Origin: a virus
Taxonomy: Duplodnaviria; Caudoviricetes
Length of the DNA: 54,028 bases
IMG/VR virus record: IMGVR_UViG_3300021137_000021
Location: 1 to 54,028 of that record
Direction: 5' to 3' (one strand)
A program made the position numbers and the translations under genes. Positions 36,376-44,893 of the stretch are shown here, one piece after another. The notes beneath the pieces are model-generated. The model had not been told where the DNA came from, ran no database searches, and worked only from the letters and a program-made list of their open reading frames with translations. Every line of letters starts with the position of its first letter. Position 1 is the stretch's first letter.

Positions 36376-37307
36376 TACTGATACACAATCCAGATGTCTC
36401 CATCGTTGCCCTGGCCTGTTGTTGGTGCTGTTGTAGAGACCCATGTATTGCGGACAACGCCTAGAGAAGTTGAGGCGGCTGTTACTGAAGCATTTGCTGT
36501 TGCAAGATAAACTGTTGGGGTCTGCCATGAAAGGGCAGAACCATTGCTGCTAAGAACTGTACCAGCTCCACCAATACCCAAGCGACCTACAGCTGAGGCG
36601 CCCGTTCCCACCACAAGATCACCAGCAGCACTAACTGTGCTTAGTGGAATCTTTGTAGTATCTGTTGGGGTACCCCAAGCAACTGAGGTGCCGTTCATAA
36701 TAAGAGACTGACCGGCAGCCCCTTTAGCAAGGTTAGTTACGGTGGCATTACCTGAACCAATAAGAAGATCTCCCGCAGCTGTTACAGTTGAAAGAGGGAT
36801 CTTGGTATTGGCGTTATTATTGGCGGCAGTCGTAGCAGCCGTAAGGGTATTGTAGTCAGTGCTATTAACATAGAGAACGTTACTAGAACCCACAGCTGGA
36901 ATACCAGAGGAGTTAACATTGAATCCCAATACAGAGCCAGAGGTGTAGGTCTCAATAAGGTTAGCTGTTCCTGAGCCTACCTTTAATACAAGGCCTTTTG
37001 TAGAGCTAGTGGTAATAGTGCTTCCACCGGTAATGCTGACATATGGACTATTAGCCACACCATTTACCAAGCCATACTCAATGTTATTGAGGCGATCGCC
37101 CAAGGTAGACCAACCGGTAGTCTTAGCAAAAGTTCCTGAGTAGGTAGAAATCAGGGGGCTTTGATTGGTCAGGGCAGAACCAAGGGTTGTCTCAATAGCA
37201 GTAATCTCAACCTGTAGTGAGTTTACGTTATCAGCCAAAACGGTGCTGACAAGGTCAACCTCTGGTTGGTAGGTTTTAACCTGATTTGGATATGAAGCTG
37301 TTGCCAT
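36375..37307 (-). CDS. Fibre protein
   Basis: Two 'AAGDL..G.G.....L..G..G..L..NG....W.TP' repeats; C-terminal APTTGQGNDGDIWIVY. Confidence 0.75.
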   Translation of the reverse strand: MATASYPNQVKTYQPEVDLVSTVLADNVNSLQVEITAIETTLGSALTNQSPLISTYSGTFAKTTGWSTLGDRLNNIEYGLVNGVANSPYVSITGGSTITTSSTKGLVLKVGSGTANLIETYTSGSVLGFNVNSSGIPAVGSSNVLYVNSTDYNTLTAATTAANNNANTKIPLSTVTAAGDLLIGSGNATVTNLAKGAAGQSLIMNGTSVAWGTPTDTTKIPLSTVSAAGDLVVGTGASAVGRLGIGGAGTVLSSNGSALSWQTPTVYLATANASVTAASTSLGVVRNTWVSTTAPTTGQGNDGDIWIVYQ

Positions 37308-37338
37308 GGGACTCCTTCGTTATGGCCCTAACTATAGC

Positions 37339-37500
37339 CTAAGCTGTGGGGGTTTGTGGGGCTGAGTTGGCTGCAAGTAAGGCTTCGTAATCAGCCTTGA
37401 GCATGGAGGTATATTCCCCGTTGCCTCGGTCAATAATCGCGTAAGTTATTGCTACATTAGTCAAAGGGTCGGTTATATCTTGAAAGGTTACATTGTCCAT
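37339..37500 (-). CDS. Cassette A partner mini-protein, 53 aa (putative fibre chaperone; not in ORF track)
   Basis: MDNVTFQDITDPLTNVAITYAIIDRGNGEYTSMLKADYEALLAANSAPQTPTA; GCGGAG RBS inside the upstream SAEL codons. Confidence 0.78.
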   Translation of the reverse strand: MDNVTFQDITDPLTNVAITYAIIDRGNGEYTSMLKADYEALLAANSAPQTPTA

Positions 37501-37501
37501 A

Positions 37502-38707
37502 TTACAACTCCGCACTAAATGCTAGGTATCCGCCAGCAACATTGTTATTTAGCAATGTATAAGGGCGATACTGGGTCAAACCGCTGGCAACTGGTGCGTA
37601 TAATCTTGCACCGTCTATACCGCTTCCACCGCCAGGAATGGTCGGAGCAGCGTTGAGTGCAGTAAGCGTTACACCATCCCATAAAGCAAGATATGAAACT
37701 GTTGTTGGTGATTCAACCGCTGTTGGGCCTACACGCATTGGAACTGGGAAGAATATAGTTACTTCTGCCTGAGTTGTTGAATAAGCACTTCCTTGAGCCA
37801 AAGGTGGGTATAGGCCATTCAAAGAAGTTCCATTGCGCTTGTAGTAGTACCTCTGACAGGCATTTAACTCCCCCTGAAGTGTTCCGCCAGCGCGGGAGAA
37901 GGCAGTTGCTACTGAGCCTAATTCCAACTGAACCTGAGCAACCGTCAATGTTGCACTAGCCGACATTGCAGCCGTTGTTGTGAAATAAACACGAACTGTT
38001 TTGGCATTTGAAGGAATAGTTGTTGTCGCGGTTTTTTTCACAAGCGAGGATGTTGTTGATACTGTTTGTGTAAGCCCACTATAAGTTCCAGCATTCCAAG
38101 CAGCATCAACTGTTGTTGAATATTCAATGTGAATATCTACGCTTTGAGCAGCCGATGTAGCCAAATATGCGGAAACTGTAACTGTTTGACCAGCCAAGTA
38201 AATTGAGTTGAGCGTTTCAATTGCTTGTAAGATGATTGGGTTTCCGCTTGTTGCGCAAGTATAAGTTATTGAGTTTTGCGCGTTGCTAGGAACAAGGGAA
38301 GTATTTTGAGAAAATGTGCCGCCGCCAGAAAATGTGGCTACAACCCATCGGTCAGCCAAATAAACTCCAAGGCTTGAGGTAGAAGTTCCTCGTTGCCAAA
38401 TGTCAAAGTTTCCGTTGATGAGCCAGTTCTTGCCACCAGCCAAAGAAGGCCCTGCCCAAGCAACGCCTGTGCTGGCAGAAGAGTTTGCAACGAGTGTTGT
38501 GCCGTCAGCGCCTACGTTTAAAGTGCCTACGGTGCTAGCACCAGTGCCTAGAGCTAGATCGCCTTTGGCGGTATAGGTAGTTACTGTTGCAGCGTTAGCT
38601 ACATCGGCTACTGAGTGGGTATGTGGGCCTACGCCAACAGGTACCCATTGGTTATTGACCCCATCCCAAACGTAAGCGGGACGACTGGTATTACTAAAAT
38701 TTGCCAT
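37502..38707 (-). CDS. Receptor-binding/fibre protein, cassette A
   Basis: GKNWLINGNFDIWQRGT...ADRW, CBM-like sandwich, QLELGSVATAFSRAGGTLQGELNACQRYY, ends SAEL. Confidence 0.8.
   Translation of the reverse strand: MANFSNTSRPAYVWDGVNNQWVPVGVGPHTHSVADVANAATVTTYTAKGDLALGTGASTVGTLNVGADGTTLVANSSASTGVAWAGPSLAGGKNWLINGNFDIWQRGTSTSSLGVYLADRWVVATFSGGGTFSQNTSLVPSNAQNSITYTCATSGNPIILQAIETLNSIYLAGQTVTVSAYLATSAAQSVDIHIEYSTTVDAAWNAGTYSGLTQTVSTTSSLVKKTATTTIPSNAKTVRVYFTTTAAMSASATLTVAQVQLELGSVATAFSRAGGTLQGELNACQRYYYKRNGTSLNGLYPPLAQGSAYSTTQAEVTIFFPVPMRVGPTAVESPTTVSYLALWDGVTLTALNAAPTIPGGGSGIDGARLYAPVASGLTQYRPYTLLNNNVAGGYLAFSAEL
38475..38516. repeat. 42-bp direct repeat, identical to 44198..44239
   Basis: gcagaagagtttgcaacgagtgttgtgccgtcagcgcctacg in cassettes A and E; diverged copy near 41043-41083. 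Confidence 0.9.
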
Positions 38708-38880
38708 TATTCACCTGCCTGTGGTGTAGAAGAGTTGGCTGCAAGTGTGGCTAGATAAGCTTGATACATAGAATTAGAAGGGTCGGTGGGAATTTGCCAA
38801 CCATCTGAGCGAATGATTAACGATGTTGATGGCTGACCTGTCATTGGGTCAGTTGGGATTGTGTATGTGTATTCGTTCAT
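38707..38880 (-). CDS. Cassette B partner mini-protein, 57 aa (not in ORF track)
   Basis: MNEYTYTIPTDPMTGQPSTSLIIRSDGWQIPTDPSNSMYQAYLATLAANSSTPQAGE. Confidence 0.8.
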   Translation of the reverse strand: MNEYTYTIPTDPMTGQPSTSLIIRSDGWQIPTDPSNSMYQAYLATLAANSSTPQAGE

Positions 38881-39959
38881 TATAACTCCGCACTAAACTC
38901 TAAGTATGCTGATGTTGAGTTTTCGGTTCGCAGATAGCAACCATAAGCAACTGTTGCTCCCGATACTCCCGCAATTAAACCTGCTGAATCAGCAGTTGTT
39001 CCATCACCTTGTAAAATTGGAGCAGAAGTACCGATTGCAGAATCTCCTTGGCGAACTGTAAATGAACCAGAAGCGTTGTAAGCAGGTACGCCTCTCATCG
39101 TTGTTCTCAAGGGAAACACAAATTGACTTTGAGTTGTATTCAAATTTTGCCCAATAGCAATACGCCAGTATGCAGCCGCACTTCCAGCGGTAAAGCGTTG
39201 ATAGTACCTCTGGCAGAGGCTTAACTCTCCTTGGAGTGTGCCTGATGCTGTGGTGAAAGGTGTGGCTACCGAACCTGCTTCTAACTGCACGCCCCAAAAA
39301 TCTACATTTACGCCAGTTGTAGGCGTGTACAAGAGTAAACCTATTGAACTTCCTGCGCCAATAGTTTTTCCAACTACAGATGGCAAAGTTGTTGTATAAG
39401 TAATTCTTTGCCAAGAAGTTGTCAGGTTGTAATTTATATTTGTTGCCAAGACATTTGCGGACCCGCCTGAACCAAAGTATTGGTAAATCTGTGCTTGCGC
39501 TCCTGAAACTGCACTTGCGGCTTTAGCCCAAAATGAATAAGTAACCGTTTGCCCCGAAAATGTGCGCACATCCTCAACTGGTTGTTCAAAATATGTAGCA
39601 GATGTTGTGGCATTTACTCTTGCAAAATATGGAGCGGAGTATCCTGTGATTGGTGCTTGAGCGGCAGAGGGGGATGATGAGTAATCAAAGGCAATTTGTG
39701 TAACAGTCGTTGATGCTGAACCATAGTTATACACACGCCAGCGGTCTAATGTGTAATTCAAGCCCGTTCCACTTGGATTGACTGTTCCCCCACGTTGCGC
39801 CAAAGCAAAATCGCCATTGATGATCTTATTCTTGCCAGCAGCATACTGAGCGGGGTTCTCAAAAGCATAACCGTTACTTTGGTTGGTATCAACAGTAAGT
39901 ACTTGACCATTAGTACCTGAAGTACCTAAGATATTTGAGTTGTCTCTAGCTCTAGTCAT
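38880..39959 (-). CDS. Receptor-binding/fibre protein, cassette B
   Basis: GKNKIINGDFALAQRG...DRW; QLEAGSVATPF...QGELSLCQRYY; ends SAEL. Confidence 0.8.
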   Translation of the reverse strand: MTRARDNSNILGTSGTNGQVLTVDTNQSNGYAFENPAQYAAGKNKIINGDFALAQRGGTVNPSGTGLNYTLDRWRVYNYGSASTTVTQIAFDYSSSPSAAQAPITGYSAPYFARVNATTSATYFEQPVEDVRTFSGQTVTYSFWAKAASAVSGAQAQIYQYFGSGGSANVLATNINYNLTTSWQRITYTTTLPSVVGKTIGAGSSIGLLLYTPTTGVNVDFWGVQLEAGSVATPFTTASGTLQGELSLCQRYYQRFTAGSAAAYWRIAIGQNLNTTQSQFVFPLRTTMRGVPAYNASGSFTVRQGDSAIGTSAPILQGDGTTADSAGLIAGVSGATVAYGCYLRTENSTSAYLEFSAEL

Positions 39960-40139
39960 TTATGCACCTGCCTGTGGTGTAGAAGAGTTGGATACGAGTG
40001 TGTCTTTATTGAGGTATGCCTGATAATCGGCATTTGATGGGTCGGTTGGTATCCAAGCACCATCTGAGCGAACAATAACTTCCGTAGAAGGCTGACCAGT
40101 AAAAGGGTCAGTTGGGATTGTGTATGTGTAAGTTTCCAT
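39960..40139 (-). CDS. Cassette C partner mini-protein, 59 aa (not in ORF track)
   Basis: METYTYTIPTDPFTGQPSTEVIVRSDGAWIPTDPSNADYQAYLNKDTLVSNSSTPQAGA. Confidence 0.8.
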   Translation of the reverse strand: METYTYTIPTDPFTGQPSTEVIVRSDGAWIPTDPSNADYQAYLNKDTLVSNSSTPQAGA

Positions 40140-41866
40140 TACAACTCCGCACTTGCAACAAAGGATGCTTGAATGTTATATCCTGGGGTAGACCAGTTGC
40201 CAGAAGCATTGTAAAAATTATAACTTCCCGTACTAATGATAGAAGCACCAAAGGTTCCATTGCTTCCTGACGATGCAGTAAATGAACCGTTAGTAAATGT
40301 TGGCGCAGTTCGCATTGTTACAGGAAAATAAAACGCTCCGCCAGTAATACCAGCAGTGATTGTGTTTCCTGCCATCTGGTTTGTTGCTACATAGCAATAC
40401 CTCTGACAAGCGGCTAACTCTCCTTGGAGTGTGCCACCTGCTCGGCTGAATGGGGTGGCTACTGAGCCAGCCTCAAGTTGCAATCCCCAAAGTTGAATTG
40501 TTACCGCAGCCGATGTTCCGCAGTATCCATAAATTTGAACTTTGCTGCTAGGGCCGAGTGTCTTACCTGAAATAGATGGCATCGCTCCTGTGTAGGTAAA
40601 ACGCTGCCAAGTGGTAGTCAAGTTAAATGCTGGTTGTGGGCCAGCAACTTGAGTTGAGCCACCTGTTCCAAAGTTTTGATTGAAACCAAAGCCGTAACCA
40701 ATAGTTCCAGAAGTTACTCTTCCCCAGAATGAGAAAGTAAAAGTTTGTCCAGCGAGTGTACGCACATCTTCTATGGAGTGTGCCATATCGGTATATGAAC
40801 CGCCTGAGCTTTTGGCAATCTGCAAATAGTAAGCAGGTTCATATCCAGAAATCGGATTGCCAGGAGTAAATGCTTGCTGGCTTATCGTCATTGTTGAATC
40901 AGTACCGTTGAAGAATCTATCTGCTACCGCACCATAAGTTCCTGTGTAGGTAGTTCCACGCTGCCAAATATCCATACCACCGTTGATGACAAAGTTCTTT
41001 CCAGCCGCTACTGAAGGCCCTGCCCAAGATAAACCTGTGCTGGCAGAAGAGTTTGCCACGAGTGTTGAACCGTCAGCTCCGACATTGAGTGCTGTTTCAC
41101 TTCCGGATCCGGTTCCAACCAGGATGTCGCCCTTGGCTGTGAACTGAGAAAGCGGGATATATCTAGCATCAGATTGGGATTGGGTATATGTATTAGTAAC
41201 GCCCATAGTGATGGTGTTAAATACTTCTACGGTATCTCCAGTTACTGTGGCTTGAGTTAATGTGATTGAGGTACCGTTAGTGGCGGTGTAGTCAACACCC
41301 TTAACAATCAAGATACCATTGACATAGACTTCTTCATAACCCGCTGTATAGGCAAGAGTAGTTGTGCCATCATCTGCTAGGCCTGAGAGAACGGTAGTTC
41401 CTCCTGTAGGAGTTTTCTTCCAGCGTACTAGCTGTAGACCTTGAGTGTTTCCCGCCGTATTAACCCAGACCATACCAGGGGTATAGGTTGTTGGTTCTGT
41501 AGTCTGAGCAATGTTATTGCTAGACATCTGAACAGCTGGATAAGAGACCACTGTGAGGATATCTGAAACGGCAAGTGGGTTAGCTAAAACAATGGTAGAG
41601 CCGGTAGTGGCTGTATAGTCAGATCCACGTACTAGTAGAACACCATTGAGGTAGACATTCTCCCCGCCTAGTGGATAGGTAAGGGTAGTTCCATTATCGG
41701 AAGCTCCAGAGAGGGTAGTCTCCCCACCTGTCCCTGTGTGGGTCCAGTAGAGTTCATAGGCTCCGCCCAATACTAAGTTCCAAGTAGTACCGTCATAGGT
41801 CCATTGCCTACCGCCCTGGTAGATGGACGTGCCAGCTACTGGGGACGAGGGGAACGAAATGGCCAC
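40139..41866 (-). CDS. Receptor-binding/fibre protein, cassette C
   Basis: Two 'V(Y)LNG..L..G.DYTAT.G' N-terminal domains, then GKNFVINGGMDIWQRGT...QGELAACQRY...SAEL. Confidence 0.8.
   Translation of the reverse strand: MAISFPSSPVAGTSIYQGGRQWTYDGTTWNLVLGGAYELYWTHTGTGGETTLSGASDNGTTLTYPLGGENVYLNGVLLVRGSDYTATTGSTIVLANPLAVSDILTVVSYPAVQMSSNNIAQTTEPTTYTPGMVWVNTAGNTQGLQLVRWKKTPTGGTTVLSGLADDGTTTLAYTAGYEEVYVNGILIVKGVDYTATNGTSITLTQATVTGDTVEVFNTITMGVTNTYTQSQSDARYIPLSQFTAKGDILVGTGSGSETALNVGADGSTLVANSSASTGLSWAGPSVAAGKNFVINGGMDIWQRGTTYTGTYGAVADRFFNGTDSTMTISQQAFTPGNPISGYEPAYYLQIAKSSGGSYTDMAHSIEDVRTLAGQTFTFSFWGRVTSGTIGYGFGFNQNFGTGGSTQVAGPQPAFNLTTTWQRFTYTGAMPSISGKTLGPSSKVQIYGYCGTSAAVTIQLWGLQLEAGSVATPFSRAGGTLQGELAACQRYCYVATNQMAGNTITAGITGGAFYFPVTMRTAPTFTNGSFTASSGSNGTFGASIISTGSYNFYNASGNWSTPGYNIQASFVASAEL
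40412..40462. repeat. 51-bp direct repeat, identical to 42390..42440
   Basis: ggctaactctccttggagtgtgccacctgctcggctgaatggggtggctac in cassettes C and D; related copies near 37865, 39222 and 43573. Confidence 0.9.
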
Positions 41867-41922
41867 GGTTTACTCCTTCGGGAACTGCCTAATAATATCA
41901 GAAAGTAGGTGTATTACAGGTC

Positions 41923-42093
41923 TTAAGCTTGTGGCTGTGGGGCTGAGTTGGCTGCAAGTGTGGCTAGATAGGCTTGGTAGTCTGAGTTGGCAGGGTCGGA
42001 AGGAATGAACCAGCCATCTGAGCGCTGGATTACTGTGGTTGAAGGCTGACCTGTCATTGGGTTAGTTGGGATTGTGTAGGTATATTCGTTCAT
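41923..42093 (-). CDS. Cassette D partner mini-protein, 56 aa (not in ORF track)
   Basis: MNEYTYTIPTNPMTGQPSTTVIQRSDGWFIPSDPANSDYQAYLATLAANSAPQPQA. Confidence 0.8.
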   Translation of the reverse strand: MNEYTYTIPTNPMTGQPSTTVIQRSDGWFIPSDPANSDYQAYLATLAANSAPQPQA

Positions 42094-43055
42094 TATAACT
42101 CCGCACTAGCCGTTACATTGCTTCCAAAGTAAGCGCCATTAGTGCTGCTATTAGCAGTTCGCGCTTCATAAAATCCAGTTGGTGTTAAATCTGAAGCAGT
42201 ACCAGAGGATGCAGGAAAACCATTGTTATTAGTGCTTGTAAAAGTAACTGCTGGAGTGCCTCTCATTGTTACTGGCAATCTGCACCAAGCATAATAAGTT
42301 ACACCTGAAGTAACATTTCCCGAGAAAAAGATATTGTCATAAGCAGAATATCCATTTGCTCCGCTGAACCAGTAATACCGCTGGCACAAGGCTAACTCTC
42401 CTTGGAGTGTGCCACCTGCTCGGCTGAATGGGGTGGCTACCTTGCCCTGCTCTAGTTGTATTCCCGTAATTCGGACTGTAACGCCTGAGCCTTGAGCAGT
42501 GTCAGGAATAAAACCTACGCGCAATCCAACTGCATCTGATGGAACTGTAAATGTTCCTGTAAATCTTGTCCATCCAGAAGCGTTTGAGGCATTGCCAAAA
42601 GCGTTAATTGCCACATTGGTTGTTTGTGAGCCTAAAGCATCTGTGCTGTTTGAGTAATCAATGTAAGAATAAAGAATGCCAGCATATCCACCTGTTAATT
42701 TTACATAAGCAGATATAGTAAATGTTTGCCCACGCATAGGCTTTACAACTGCTTGCTCTAATGCTTGATAATACTGAGCAAACGCAGAAGCGCCACTTGT
42801 CACATATTTCAGCGCATACTGCACACCAATCGCAGATGGCAAATCAGAAGTTTCTTGAGAAATTGTTGTTGTTCCAATAAGATTTGCATACCATCTATCA
42901 GCCGTTGAATATGTCGCTTGAACAGTTGATGTTGTTGTGGCTCTCTGCCAAATGTCAAACCCACCGTTAGCCACATAATTTTTGCCAGCCACAAACGGAG
43001 CTACTGCCCCACCTGTGTTCTGCTCAACCGTTGAGGTTAATTGCGCTCTGCTCAT
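42093..43055 (-). CDS. Receptor-binding/fibre protein, cassette D
   Basis: GKNYVANGGFDIWQR...ADRW; QGELALCQRYY; ends SAEL. Confidence 0.8.
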   Translation of the reverse strand: MSRAQLTSTVEQNTGGAVAPFVAGKNYVANGGFDIWQRATTTSTVQATYSTADRWYANLIGTTTISQETSDLPSAIGVQYALKYVTSGASAFAQYYQALEQAVVKPMRGQTFTISAYVKLTGGYAGILYSYIDYSNSTDALGSQTTNVAINAFGNASNASGWTRFTGTFTVPSDAVGLRVGFIPDTAQGSGVTVRITGIQLEQGKVATPFSRAGGTLQGELALCQRYYWFSGANGYSAYDNIFFSGNVTSGVTYYAWCRLPVTMRGTPAVTFTSTNNNGFPASSGTASDLTPTGFYEARTANSSTNGAYFGSNVTASAEL

Positions 43056-43222
43056 TATTCACCTGCCTGTGGGATAGAAGATTGGAGTGTGCTTGCAGCT
43101 TGCATAGCATCGTAAATGCTTTTTGGCATTGAAGTAAATGTGCCGTCAGCCCGATTGATAAATGCGTATGAAACGGTTGTTCCGTCTGGTTGAGGAATAT
43201 CTTGATAAGTAATTGTGTCCAC
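43055..43222 (-). CDS. Cassette E partner mini-protein, 55 aa, GTG start (not in ORF track)
   Basis: MDTITYQDIPQPDGTTVSYAFINRADGTFTSMPKSIYDAMQAASTLQSSIPQAGE; homologous to the cassette A partner. Confidence 0.78.
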   Translation of the reverse strand: MDTITYQDIPQPDGTTVSYAFINRADGTFTSMPKSIYDAMQAASTLQSSIPQAGE

Positions 43223-44592
43223 TATAACTCCGCACTAAATCCTAGGTAAGCGCCAGAACTTGTATTTGTTATGTTGCCAATCTGACCTTGGCTCCAAGCG
43301 GAATCTGAACCGCCCTTTCCATATGTAACTCCTACGGCATTTGAATTGCCATAATATGAAGCACTCCAAGTTCCAGACGAATAAGAATTTACACCATAAG
43401 TTTGAACTTGCAAGCCTGAACTACCGCCATCAAGAACTAATGCAGTAGTCCTCATTGGTACTGGCGTTGGGATAGTAAAGAACCAGTTTGTTGTGCTAAC
43501 TGCGGGGGCAAATGCAAGAATAGAACCAGAAGAACCAGCAGCCGTATAACGGGTGTAATACCTCTGGCAAGCGGCTAACTCCCCCTGAAGTGTGCCACCA
43601 GCGCGGGAGAAGGTTGTAGCGGCTGCGCCTAGTTCAAGTTGCGCCCTTGACCAAGTGATGTAATCGCCATTGTTCATACCGTTTGCATAAAGAGCAATAC
43701 GCAAAGTTTTGGCAGTTGATGGGATTGAAAAAGTATAAACAATTTGCTGGAAAGAACCTGATGTAGTTACGGATTTGATTGCCGTTCCTGTCAAGGTTGT
43801 ATAAGTTCCAAGAAAAATATCGTCAGTATTGGTTGAATAGTCAATACCAATCGTAGGGGATTTGCCTGAAGTACCAGCAACCCAAGCAGACAAAGTAACA
43901 GTCTGACCCGCAAGCGGTAATGTGTTGAAAGTTTCAACCACTTGATACATTGTATTTCCAACTGAGTTGGCAGAAGCAGTTACGCGCAAGCCGTACTTCT
44001 GACCAGCCTGAACCAATGATGTATCTTGAGTGACTGTTCCAGCCGCATTGAAGTAGTTAGTCCAACGGTCTGCGGTGTATTGAGGTACACCTGCTGAGAT
44101 GCTGAAAGAAGTTCCTCTTTGCCAAATATCCATTACGCCATTGATGAGAGTGTTTTTGCCAGCAGCCTGATTGCCAGTCCAAGACACCCCACCACCAGCA
44201 GAAGAGTTTGCAACGAGTGTTGTGCCGTCAGCGCCTACGCCGAGGTTGGTAACGGATCCAGATCCGGTCGCAACGATTGTGTCGCCCTTAGCTGTAACAG
44301 TTGAGAGAGGAATTGCATTAGCAATAGCAAAAGTGTTTTGGGAATTGATAGTGACCAAATCACCAACTACCAGCGCATTGCTGAGTGTTACTGAGGTTCC
44401 ATTAGCGGCGGTGTAGTCTACACCACGTTCTAATAGAACCCCATTAACGAATAACTGCTCCCCACCTACAGCGTAGGAGAGGGTGACTGAAAAGCCATCC
44501 ACGCCTGAAAGCGTGGTCTCTCCACCCACGGCGGTATAGCGCCATGTACGAGGGCTATTCTGCGTGGAAGCTGTAGTGTAGGAACGAGTCAT
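43222..44592 (-). CDS. Receptor-binding/fibre protein, cassette E
   Basis: One 'VNGVLLERGVDYTA' domain, GKNTLINGVMDIWQRGT, QGELAACQRYY, ends SAEL. Confidence 0.8.
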   Translation of the reverse strand: MTRSYTTASTQNSPRTWRYTAVGGETTLSGVDGFSVTLSYAVGGEQLFVNGVLLERGVDYTAANGTSVTLSNALVVGDLVTINSQNTFAIANAIPLSTVTAKGDTIVATGSGSVTNLGVGADGTTLVANSSAGGGVSWTGNQAAGKNTLINGVMDIWQRGTSFSISAGVPQYTADRWTNYFNAAGTVTQDTSLVQAGQKYGLRVTASANSVGNTMYQVVETFNTLPLAGQTVTLSAWVAGTSGKSPTIGIDYSTNTDDIFLGTYTTLTGTAIKSVTTSGSFQQIVYTFSIPSTAKTLRIALYANGMNNGDYITWSRAQLELGAAATTFSRAGGTLQGELAACQRYYTRYTAAGSSGSILAFAPAVSTTNWFFTIPTPVPMRTTALVLDGGSSGLQVQTYGVNSYSSGTWSASYYGNSNAVGVTYGKGGSDSAWSQGQIGNITNTSSGAYLGFSAEL

Positions 44593-44596
44593 TTAA

Positions 44597-44839
44597 TTAT
44601 CCCTTGAGGGCTGCGATTTCTTCTGGGGTAAGGCCAAGCTTTGCAAGCTTGTCTGCTGCTGAAGCGGCTGCTGCTGCCTTAGCCGCATCTGCCTCTGCCT
44701 GAGCTGCTTGCTGAGCTGCAAATGCTTCAGATTGAGCCTTCTGAGCTGCAATCTCATCTGCTGTCATATCACGTGTAGTAGAGATGCTGGTTGAGCAATC
44801 TACTTCCACGACTTGTGGAACTGTGGCTGTATCTGCCAT
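44597..44839 (-). CDS. Small Ala-rich helical fibre-associated protein
   Basis: RDMTADEIA...KLAKLGLTPEEIAAL; AAGGAG RBS. Confidence 0.75.
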   Translation of the reverse strand: MADTATVPQVVEVDCSTSISTTRDMTADEIAAQKAQSEAFAAQQAAQAEADAAKAAAAASAADKLAKLGLTPEEIAALKG

Positions 44840-44865
44840 TTTGTATCTCCTTCGTACGTTGGATT

Positions 44866-44888
44866 AAATTATACCACGTCTGGTATAA
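44866..44888 (-). promoter_or_regulatory. Extended -10 promoter overlapped by a palindrome
   Basis: Minus strand TGGTATAAT within TTATACCA-gacg-TGGTATAA. Confidence 0.6.
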
Positions 44889-44893
44889 AGCTG

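Noticed and set aside
36376-36528. 5' extension of ORF 35356..36528
   Set aside because: Overlaps the upstream fibre gene; TAATG coupling indicates a start at 36375.
37339-44592. Invertible shufflon or CRISPR array
   Set aside because: All units are intact and co-oriented with no inverted sites or invertase; repeats lie inside coding sequence about 1 kb or more apart, not at spacer-length intervals.
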